Below, in pieces: positions 56,476 through 64,000 of a DNA stretch of 64,000 nucleotides. The DNA lies in the NCBI GenBank assembly GCA_015055665.1, contig SVHX01000001.1:1109-65108 (forward strand). Direction: 5' to 3'. The DNA is from Clostridiales bacterium. Its GTDB lineage: Bacteria; Bacillota; Clostridia; Christensenellales; UBA1242. The translations under genes and the position numbers were made by a program. Below the pieces are notes generated by a model that saw only the letters and a program-made list of their open reading frames with translations, searched no databases and was not told where the DNA came from. Positions within the stretch are counted from its first letter, which is position 1. Each line of letters opens with the position of its first letter.

Positions 56476-58767
56476 ATGAGAAAAAGAAAAGTACTAAAAA
56501 TATTGGCTTTATTAATACTGATTGTGGTAATTATAGCAGGCTCAAGCTGTTTAATTTTTGTAAAAAATGCAATTGATGATGTCAAAGATATTGAACTTGA
56601 TAATATTAAGTCTATGCAAACGTCGTGTCAAGTATATGATGTTAATGGCAATGAATTTGCTGATTCTCAAAAAAATACATATGTCACAATTGATAAGATT
56701 AGTCCCTACCTAATATCTGCATTTGTAAGTATTGAAGATAAAGACTTTTATGATCATAATGGCTTTAATTTCAAACGTATTGCAGGAGCGGTTGTAAGAA
56801 ATATTTCGAGCAGAAAAATTGTTGAGGGTGCTAGTACAATATCACAACAACTTATTAAGAATAAATATTTGACTAATGAAAGAACGTTTGATAGGAAGAT
56901 AAAAGAGGCATATTTAACAGTCAAACTAGAATCTCAGTATTCTAAAGATGAGATAATGGAAACTTATCTAAACACAATATATTTTGGTAATGGTGCTTAT
57001 GGTATTGCAGATGCATCATATGCTTATTTTGGCAAAGTACCCATAGAGCTTGATTTAAACGAAAGTTGTGTCTTGGCGGGACTTGTCAAATCCCCTGCTA
57101 ACTATTCACCATTTAATGATATCGATAATGCAATAGACCGAAGGAACTTGGTTCTAAGCGAGATGCTTGAAGATGGCAAAATAGATATCGAAACATATAA
57201 TACAGAAGTGACAAAAGATATTGCCCTAAATCCAAAATCTATTAAGAAAGACAACTCTGACCTCTATTATAGAAATGTAATCAAAGAGGCAGAAGAGATA
57301 CTGGACTTAAGCAAAAACGAAATTAATAGTCGCAAGTATAAAATATTTACATATATGGATCGAGATATCCAAACTAATCTTAATAATGTAGTGTCAGATG
57401 ACAAATATTATCACGTTAATGAGTATGGCAATATTGCCGATAGTCTATCAATTGTTGCAGATAATAGAAGTATGAGTATATCTGCAATAGCTGGGCGAAG
57501 CGAATATGATTTGTTAGATTTTAAAAGGCAACCTGGTAGCTTGATTAAGCCGTTGCTGGTTTATGCTCCAGCATTTGAGAGTGGCAAATATTATCCTTGT
57601 AGTAGAATTCTTGACGAGCATACAACAATTGATGGTTATAGTCCTAGAAATGTTGGTAATAAATATTATGGTCATGTGTCTATTAGAGATGCTGTTGCAC
57701 AAAGTTTAAATGTCCCCGCTGTTAAAATTTGTGACGATCTAGGAATTGATACTTGTATATCTTATGCTGACAAGCTGAATCTAAACTTAGCTGAAGAAGA
57801 TAATGGTCTGGCAATTGCATTGGGAGGATTAACTTACGGATGTAATTTAAAAAATATCATTGATAGCTATTCACCTTTTGTGACTAATGGCGAGTATCAA
57901 AAATACAGATTTATTGATAAAATAATTGATTGCAATAATTGCACTGTATATAGTAGATATATGACAAAAACACAAGCATTCAAAACATCAACGTGTGAGT
58001 TAATGACAAAAACGCTTGCGTATAGTAGTAAAAACGGAACTTCGAAACTATTAAAAAATTTACCGTATGATGTTGCAAGCAAAACAGGTACAGTAAATAT
58101 TAAGGATACCAATTATAATTCTGACGCTTACTGTCTGGCGTACACAACCAAGCATACTATGGTAACTTGGCTTGGCAACTATTCGATGGAAAAACAACAT
58201 AATCTTTCTGGTTGTAATAATGGTGGAACGTATTCAACGCAGATGGTCAAAGATATGTTTGAACTGATTTATGATAACCATTATCCTGATGATTTTGAAT
58301 TCGCTAATTTGGTGGAGTTGCCGATTGATTCTGTATCGTTATCACGAGATAATGAAGTTAAACTTGCCTCCAATCTACCCCAAAGATTTGTTACATATGA
58401 GGAATTTGCAATTGATAATACCCCAACTTTAGCCTCCAATATATTAGATGTTCCTATAGTCCCTACTCTAAAATGTATTACAAATACAAGTAGCGTAGTC
58501 TTATCTTTTGATGTTTGCGATTACTATACATATGATATTGTAAGATACTGCAAAGGTGAGAAATTTATTATGGAAACAATCTCTGGCGAAAGTGGTAATT
58601 ACGAATACGTGGATACCAATCTTATGGACAATACAAAATATAAGTATTGTGTAATTACTCGATCTAATACAACTAATATTGAAAAAGTTTCTAATGTTGT
58701 TGAAGCAACTATTAATCGAAATTATAATGATTTATTAAATAATATAAATAGAAATTCTATGTGGTGA
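56476..58767 (+). CDS. Class A penicillin-binding protein (glycosyltransferase GT51 plus transpeptidase) with a C-terminal FN3-like domain
   Basis: An N-terminal TM anchor is followed by the GT51 motifs SIEDKDFYDHNGF and GASTISQQLIKN. The transpeptidase motifs are SLIKP (SxxK), SPRN (SxN) and KTGT. The tail has an FN3-like NTKYKYCVITRSN. I chose the start at MRKRKV (56476). Confidence 0.9.
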   Translation: MRKRKVLKILALLILIVVIIAGSSCLIFVKNAIDDVKDIELDNIKSMQTSCQVYDVNGNEFADSQKNTYVTIDKISPYLISAFVSIEDKDFYDHNGFNFKRIAGAVVRNISSRKIVEGASTISQQLIKNKYLTNERTFDRKIKEAYLTVKLESQYSKDEIMETYLNTIYFGNGAYGIADASYAYFGKVPIELDLNESCVLAGLVKSPANYSPFNDIDNAIDRRNLVLSEMLEDGKIDIETYNTEVTKDIALNPKSIKKDNSDLYYRNVIKEAEEILDLSKNEINSRKYKIFTYMDRDIQTNLNNVVSDDKYYHVNEYGNIADSLSIVADNRSMSISAIAGRSEYDLLDFKRQPGSLIKPLLVYAPAFESGKYYPCSRILDEHTTIDGYSPRNVGNKYYGHVSIRDAVAQSLNVPAVKICDDLGIDTCISYADKLNLNLAEEDNGLAIALGGLTYGCNLKNIIDSYSPFVTNGEYQKYRFIDKIIDCNNCTVYSRYMTKTQAFKTSTCELMTKTLAYSSKNGTSKLLKNLPYDVASKTGTVNIKDTNYNSDAYCLAYTTKHTMVTWLGNYSMEKQHNLSGCNNGGTYSTQMVKDMFELIYDNHYPDDFEFANLVELPIDSVSLSRDNEVKLASNLPQRFVTYEEFAIDNTPTLASNILDVPIVPTLKCITNTSSVVLSFDVCDYYTYDIVRYCKGEKFIMETISGESGNYEYVDTNLMDNTKYKYCVITRSNTTNIEKVSNVVEATINRNYNDLLNNINRNSMW

Positions 58768-58816
58768 GGTACGACTGAGTATATTATCAATGTTATAATT
58801 TGAGTATTGTGTTTAG

Positions 58817-58860
58817 TAAAAAAGCAAAAGTAATTATAATATTACTTTTGCTTATATTTT
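58817..58860. terminator. Bidirectional terminator between the PBP gene and recA
   Basis: A perfect 12-bp stem AGCAAAAGTAAT-TATAAT-ATTACTTTTGCT (58823-58852), flanked by an A-run and a T-run. Confidence 0.8.
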
Positions 58861-58882
58861 TTTAATAATCAGCTAGATAAAA

Positions 58883-59875
58883 TTAACACTTGCCTTGTAG
58901 TTTATCGTAAACTTGTTTCTTAACCTCTTCAAATTGTTCTGGGTTAGATTGTAGATATAGTTTAACATTTTCTTTACCTTGGCCAATTTTCTCGCCTAAA
59001 TAACTATACCATGAGCCACTTTTCTGAATAATATCTAGTTCAACTGCTGCGTCAATTATACAACCTTCGTTATTGATACCTGTTCCGTACATGATATCAA
59101 ATTCTGCAACTTTAAATGGAGGTGCAAGCTTGTTCTTGACAATCTTTACCTTAGTGCGATTACCTATTATGTCAGCACCATCCTTAATTACATCAGATTT
59201 ACGGATGTCCATACGTATAGAAGAGTAGAATTTTAGGGCTTTTCCGCCTGTTGTGGTTTCTGGATTGCCGTACATAACGCCGATTTTTTCTCTTAATTGG
59301 TTAATAAATATAACGCAGGCATTAGTTTTATTCACAATTGCAGTTAATTTTCTAAGTGCTTGGCTCATAAGTCTTGCTTGGATTCCTACAAAGCTATCTC
59401 CCATTTCGCCATCAATTTCTGCCTTAGGAGTAAGTGCAGCTACACTATCAATAACAACACAATCAACAGCTCCGCTGCGTACAAGTGCCTCACAGATCTC
59501 TAATGCTTGCTCACCAGTGTCTGGTTGAGAGATATATAGATTGTCTACATCTACGCCTAATTTGCGTGCATATTGAGGGTCTAAAGCGTGTTCTGCGTCA
59601 ATAAAAGCGGCTGTACCGCCCATTTTCTGAGCTTCGGCGAGTACGTGCAAGGTAACGGTAGTTTTTCCTGAACTCTCAGGGCCGTAGATTTCAATAATTC
59701 TACCCTTTGGAAGTCCGCCTATGCCAAGAGCCATGTCTAGTGTTAAACATCCGGTAGGAATAACGTCAATAGACTTCTGAACATCATCACCTAACTTCAT
59801 AATAGAACCTTTGCCAAATTGTTTCTCAATCTGTAATATGGCTTGTTCTAGTTGTTTTTTCTTATTTTCGTCCAT
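58883..59875 (-). CDS. recA: Recombinase RecA
   Basis: [11 protein letters not shown] and the Walker A motif GPESSGKTT, with the typical RecA core throughout. I chose the ATG at 59875 ([10 protein letters not shown]) rather than the TTG at 59896. Confidence 0.97.
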   Translation of the reverse strand: MDENKKKQLEQAILQIEKQFGKGSIMKLGDDVQKSIDVIPTGCLTLDMALGIGGLPKGRIIEIYGPESSGKTTVTLHVLAEAQKMGGTAAFIDAEHALDPQYARKLGVDVDNLYISQPDTGEQALEICEALVRSGAVDCVVIDSVAALTPKAEIDGEMGDSFVGIQARLMSQALRKLTAIVNKTNACVIFINQLREKIGVMYGNPETTTGGKALKFYSSIRMDIRKSDVIKDGADIIGNRTKVKIVKNKLAPPFKVAEFDIMYGTGINNEGCIIDAAVELDIIQKSGSWYSYLGEKIGQGKENVKLYLQSNPEQFEEVKKQVYDKLQGKC

Positions 59876-59894
59876 AGTAAAATTTCCTTTTATC

Positions 59895-59944
59895 AAACAT
59901 TTGTTTTATAACTACATTATACTATAATCGTATTGCTCTGTCAA
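59895..59944 (-). promoter_or_regulatory. recA promoter (TTGACA, 17 nt spacer, TATAAT on the minus strand) with SOS box AAACAAATGTTT at about +1 to +15
   Basis: On the minus strand the -35 hexamer is at 59944-59939, the -10 at 59921-59916, and the box at 59906-59895. Confidence 0.7.
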
Positions 59945-59969
59945 TCAAAAATTCTAAAAAAACTAATTT

Positions 59970-61151
59970 TTACACGAGAAATTTATAATCGTTTTGTTTA
60001 AGCTTTTTTATTAAATAAAACATAGTTGTTTCGCTAAGAGTATCTATAAGTGATGTATCATTATGATTAATCTTATTTTTGTAAACATGAATACCGTCAA
60101 GATCACCTATAGCCACATAACACATATCATCATTAATATCGCCTAGCACGAATATTGCTATATCTGCAACGGTTTTTTGAATTAGTAGATTGTCAAGTTC
60201 GTATACGATATTAACACTATTAAATCCGTGATGGTTAATTAATTTGTCGTCAACGCGAAATTGTTCTAATATAGCACTCTGATTTGTGAAATTTTGAGAA
60301 AATTGGATTAGGTTATTTGCATTATGTTTGTTAAGTTGATGAGCAATATTACCATTAGTAATTGTTTCTACTATTGCTAATTTTTTACGTTGAATTGATA
60401 GCAAATTTGTAGCTGTTTCGTATAGATTCGTATCATCAGTTGAATAGATATAGTTATTTAATTTCGAACAAATTTCTGCAATAATTGGTTGAGCAATTGC
60501 ATTTTGAGTTGAATTGTATCGTATATAAATGGCTGTATCTAGCCGATTATTGACAAATGTAATGTTTATAGAACTATTATTTAATTCGTTACTTATGGTT
60601 TGCTTGATGCTAGACAATAATGTTCCATAGCATCTAAGCGTTAATAGCGAATCAAACTGAGCAATTGTCGGTGCTAGAAATCTAGTAATACCTTGATCAA
60701 ACACAGCTTTTATAAACTGATCGTTATTGGGTAACGATATAATTAACGTGTTGTTATATTTGTTGATATATCCTGCATCCAAGAAGTGAGGATCTATTAT
60801 CGGGATTGAATCTGTAGGAACAAGCATAGTCTTATGAGATTCTAAGCTAATATTATTATAATTACAGTAATTATTAATATTAGCTATTATTGATTGATTT
60901 GTTGTTGTACCCTTATGCAATAATTCAGACAATTTGCTTGTGTTGCTATTAAAACTTCCGATATCTTGATTGTTAAGCAATATGACACAGTTATAATTAT
61001 TAAGGTTTATATTTGATATCTCTTCTATATTATTGCAATAGAAAATAAGGGAAGCCTCCTCCCCTATTTTGTTTATATTGAGTTTTAGTGTATTGAGAGC
61101 CGAATAATTACTCTCCAATTTGTTGTCAATACAAATTATTGCAATTTTCAT
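59970..61151 (-). CDS. cinA: Highly diverged CinA-like protein (competence/damage-inducible protein A position), probably catalytically degenerate
   Basis: It sits in the conserved pgsA-cinA-recA position. Its size matches CinA. The C-terminal AIVETITNGNIAHQL resembles the CinA_C/PncC ESCTGG region with the Cys and Gly residues replaced, and I see no TGGLGPT-type MoCF motif in the N-terminal half. Confidence 0.5.
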   Translation of the reverse strand: MKIAIICIDNKLESNYSALNTLKLNINKIGEEASLIFYCNNIEEISNINLNNYNCVILLNNQDIGSFNSNTSKLSELLHKGTTTNQSIIANINNYCNYNNISLESHKTMLVPTDSIPIIDPHFLDAGYINKYNNTLIISLPNNDQFIKAVFDQGITRFLAPTIAQFDSLLTLRCYGTLLSSIKQTISNELNNSSINITFVNNRLDTAIYIRYNSTQNAIAQPIIAEICSKLNNYIYSTDDTNLYETATNLLSIQRKKLAIVETITNGNIAHQLNKHNANNLIQFSQNFTNQSAILEQFRVDDKLINHHGFNSVNIVYELDNLLIQKTVADIAIFVLGDINDDMCYVAIGDLDGIHVYKNKINHNDTSLIDTLSETTMFYLIKKLKQNDYKFLV

Positions 61152-61182
61152 AACTGAGTTTATTTTTTAAAAATATACTTGT

Positions 61183-61902
61183 TTATTTTGTGGATGTCTT
61201 TTTAGTTGCTTTCTTAGTGTTTGATTTTTTTGTCGTAGTTGTTTTGTTTGGTTTTGATTCGGTAGTTTCGTTTGTATTGTTATCGGTATCTATTTTTGTA
61301 TTTTCATTTTTTGACTCTGGAGCAAATACAAATCTTCCTTTGATAAGATAAGAAATGCCAGATAGTAATACAAGCAATGTTGTAATTGCAACTACGCCAT
61401 AGAATATGTAGGTGGTGATTTCGAAGGCAAGTGTTTCATTGATTTTGTCGTATTCTCTAAGTCCAGCGATCAAGAATCCAAATACTGTCATAACATATTG
61501 GAAATTGGACTTAACCTTGCCAAACATATCAGCTGGAATTACTACGCCTTTAAGTTGTGCTAATTGTCTTAGTCCATTGATAGCATAGTCTCTAAGTAGA
61601 ATTAGGAAGATAACGATTATTCCATAAGGTTGAGGAATAACTGGATCAGAGCCAACTATAAGTAGTAACAATCCTGTGGTGCATAATAATTTGTCTGCAA
61701 TAGGATCAAGAAACTTGCCAAAATCGGTAACTTGATTGTACTTTCTGGCAATATACCCATCTATAAAGTCAGAAACTGCCAGTATAATAAACAATCCTCC
61801 TGCTACAAAGTCGTTGCCCGGAAAGTTGATTAATGCAACTGCTAGGAATACTGGCAACAATATAATTCTTGATAATGTGATTCTGTTAGGTAAGTTCATC
61901 AT
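61183..61902 (-). CDS. pgsA: CDP-diacylglycerol--glycerol-3-phosphate 3-phosphatidyltransferase, with a Lys/Thr-rich C-terminal tail
   Basis: The CDP-alcohol phosphotransferase motif reads DFIDGYIARKYNQVTDFGKFLDPIADK, and the protein is polytopic. The last ~55 aa are a low-complexity N/T/K-rich stretch. Confidence 0.92.
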   Translation of the reverse strand: MMNLPNRITLSRIILLPVFLAVALINFPGNDFVAGGLFIILAVSDFIDGYIARKYNQVTDFGKFLDPIADKLLCTTGLLLLIVGSDPVIPQPYGIIVIFLILLRDYAINGLRQLAQLKGVVIPADMFGKVKSNFQYVMTVFGFLIAGLREYDKINETLAFEITTYIFYGVVAITTLLVLLSGISYLIKGRFVFAPESKNENTKIDTDNNTNETTESKPNKTTTTKKSNTKKATKKTSTK

Positions 61903-63205
61903 AAATTTCTCCTTTTAGATCGTAATCTAATGTATCTATAATTTTTACTTTTAATATCTCCCCAAGAGGTAATTGTCCATCAACAAAAATAACTGTATCT
62001 ATCTCAGGTGCTTGTCCGTAGAATCTTGTAACTGAGTAATCTGAATTGCTTTCGTCAACAATAACATCATACACTCGACCAATTAATTTTTGGTTAAAGT
62101 TGTTAATGATTTCATACTGCTCGGAGTATAATCTGTTGTATCGAGATTCTTTAATTTTCTCATCTATTTGGTCAGACAATTTATAGGCGTTAGTCCCCTC
62201 TTCTCGACTGTATTTAAAGAATCCTACATTTTGTAATTGATAGGTCTTAAGGAATTTGGATATCAGATCAACATCTTCTTCTGTTTCGCCTGGGAATCCA
62301 ACTATGAAAGTAGATCTAATAATAATATCAGGAATTTCATTTTTCAATTTATCAAATAATGTGCAAATACTTTCGTAATTGGATCGTCTATTCATTGCTT
62401 TGAGAACTCTAGAAGATACGTGCTGAAGTGGTATGTCTAAATATTTAAGGACTTTTGGGTTATCTCTAATTTCTGATATTAGATCGTCATCAATCTCTTC
62501 TGGATAACAATATAATAATCTTATCCACTCTATACCTTGTACTGCAGACAATCTTCTAATAAGCTCAACTAGTGATTTTTTACCATAAATATCTACACCA
62601 TATTTAGTAACATCTTGTGCTACAAGTATGAGTTCCTTAATGCCAATATTTGAGAGTCTAGTTGCTTCGTTTACTAGCTCTTCTATATCTTCGGATTTGT
62701 ACCTGCCTCGGATATATGGGATAAGGCAATATGTGCAGAAATTATTACAACCCTCAGATATCTTAAGATACGCATAATGCTGAGGTGTCGTAAGAGATCT
62801 ACCGATTACATTTGGGATTGATAGATTAATATTATATAAGCCCAGAATAATACTAACTATTTTGTCATTATCCTTGATATTAACAAAAGCATCAACCTCA
62901 GGCAAACTAGAGGTTAAGTCTTGGTAATTAAGTTCGTTTAAACATCCGGTAACTACTAATTTCTCAAGGTTAGCAGATGATTTATACTCTGACATATCGA
63001 GTATATTCTCTATTGCTTCTAGTCTTGCACTCTCGAGAAAAGCACAAGTATTAACGATAATAATCTCGGCATCTTCTGGATTACCAACAATTTGGAATCC
63101 AAAAGACTTAAGATTAAATATGATTTTTTCTAGGTCTACGCGATTCTTGTCGCATCCTAAGGAGATTAGACCAATGCGTTTATTTTTAACTTCTTCTATT
63201 GTCAT
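61886..63205 (-). CDS. rimO: Ribosomal protein S12 methylthiotransferase
   Basis: It has the UPF0004 domain (IGLISLGCDKNRVDLE), the radical-SAM motif CNNFCTYCLIPYIRG and a C-terminal TRAM domain. Its gene-order position is ftsK-rimO-pgsA. Confidence 0.9.
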   Translation of the reverse strand: MTIEEVKNKRIGLISLGCDKNRVDLEKIIFNLKSFGFQIVGNPEDAEIIIVNTCAFLESARLEAIENILDMSEYKSSANLEKLVVTGCLNELNYQDLTSSLPEVDAFVNIKDNDKIVSIILGLYNINLSIPNVIGRSLTTPQHYAYLKISEGCNNFCTYCLIPYIRGRYKSEDIEELVNEATRLSNIGIKELILVAQDVTKYGVDIYGKKSLVELIRRLSAVQGIEWIRLLYCYPEEIDDDLISEIRDNPKVLKYLDIPLQHVSSRVLKAMNRRSNYESICTLFDKLKNEIPDIIIRSTFIVGFPGETEEDVDLISKFLKTYQLQNVGFFKYSREEGTNAYKLSDQIDEKIKESRYNRLYSEQYEIINNFNQKLIGRVYDVIVDESNSDYSVTRFYGQAPEIDTVIFVDGQLPLGEILKVKIIDTLDYDLKGEIYDELT

Positions 63206-64000
63206 TATTCGTCTATCCCCTCTCCAAACCTTTCTTCAAATTCTTGTTCTGTAATATATAGTTGTCTACGACCATTATGATCCCCTGGAGAAATGAATCC
63301 TGCTTTTTCCATTTGCATAACAATTTTGCTAGCTTTTGGATATCCCATTGCAAAATATGATTGCAAAGATGATGCACTAGCACGTTTAGATTTAATAAAG
63401 AATTTTAAGCAATCCTTAAGCATTGGGTCAAATTGATCTTCTGCAGATCCGCTTGTTGGGTCAAATCCATCTTTTTTATTAAACATTTGGTCAACGATTT
63501 CGTCATCAAACTCGGCGTCATTGTTATCCTTAATATATTTAACAACATTTAAAAGTTCTTGGTCTTTGACATAAGCACACTGGATACGCTCTGTATCGTT
63601 GCTACCTTTAGGTAAGAACAACATATCGCCCATACCTAGTAGTGACTCTGCTCCAGCTGTATCGATTATAGTTTTGCTATCTATATAAGAATTCACAGCA
63701 AAGGCAATTCTGCTAGGAAGGTTCGTCTTAATTGTACCAGTAATTACATCTGTTGTTGGTCGTTGTGTAGTAAGTATTAAGTGGATTCCAGCAGCTCTTG
63801 ACTTGGCAGCAAGTCGTACAATCTTTTCTTCAATTTCCTTCTTGGCAACAGCCATATAATCTCCTACTTCATCAAATACCATAACAATATAGTACATCTT
63901 AGGTAATTGACCAGAGATAACTTCTGGGCTTTCGTTGTAACCTTCGATATTACGTGCACTAACCGAACTTAATCGTTTATACCTACGCTCCATTTCGTCT
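63205..64000 (-). CDS. ftsK: DNA translocase FtsK/SpoIIIE, C-terminal part (5' end outside the window)
   Basis: The frame is open to the window edge (..DEMERRYKRLSSVSARNIEGYN). The motor-domain motif LILTTQRPTTDVITGTIKTNLPSRIAFAV is present, as is the C-terminal gamma winged helix (ASASSLQSYFAMGYPKASKIVMQMEKAGFISP). Confidence 0.92.
   Translation of the reverse strand, partial: DEMERRYKRLSSVSARNIEGYNESPEVISGQLPKMYYIVMVFDEVGDYMAVAKKEIEEKIVRLAAKSRAAGIHLILTTQRPTTDVITGTIKTNLPSRIAFAVNSYIDSKTIIDTAGAESLLGMGDMLFLPKGSNDTERIQCAYVKDQELLNVVKYIKDNNDAEFDDEIVDQMFNKKDGFDPTSGSAEDQFDPMLKDCLKFFIKSKRASASSLQSYFAMGYPKASKIVMQMEKAGFISPGDHNGRRQLYITEQEFEERFGEGIDE

Overview
This is an AT-rich chromosomal segment from an endospore-forming Firmicute, with Clostridia-like gene order. 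All calls come from reading the sequence and ORF translations, with family assignments from memory; no searches were run. The window has four parts. (1) 1-2.4 kb is the right end of an integrated element carrying two tandem large serine recombinases. It sits inside the sporulation gene spoVAD, of which only the 3' third remains here, followed by spoVAE and yunB. (2) 4-9.2 kb holds housekeeping genes: a cysteine desulfurase, thiI, rny, rnhA and tRNA-Trp. Just downstream of the tRNA there is a duplicated tRNA 3' end and a densely structured non-coding stretch. (3) 9.8-38.6 kb is one uninterrupted 28,755-nt ORF of 9,584 aa. It has its own near-consensus promoter and a strong terminator. The product has an N-terminal membrane anchor, at least nine diverged beta-helix modules of the GLUG-motif adhesin type, and a roughly 3,500-aa Thr/Ser/Asn-rich stalk. 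This is the most striking object in the window. (4) 38.8-64 kb starts with an ABC-2 exporter pair, a TVP38/DedA-like protein and a membrane-tethered PadR-like regulator. Next come a 2 x 136-bp tandem repeat with compensatory stem mutations and a small accessory islet (DUF45-like metallohydrolase, orphan nucleotidyltransferase-fold-like gene, tyrosine recombinase). The rest is a conserved DNA-repair/tRNA-modification/cell-envelope block: lexA, miaA, mutL, mutS, miaB, a class A PBP, recA, a degenerate cinA-like gene, pgsA, rimO and a partial ftsK/spoIIIE. No CRISPR array, rRNA or classical IS element was seen.
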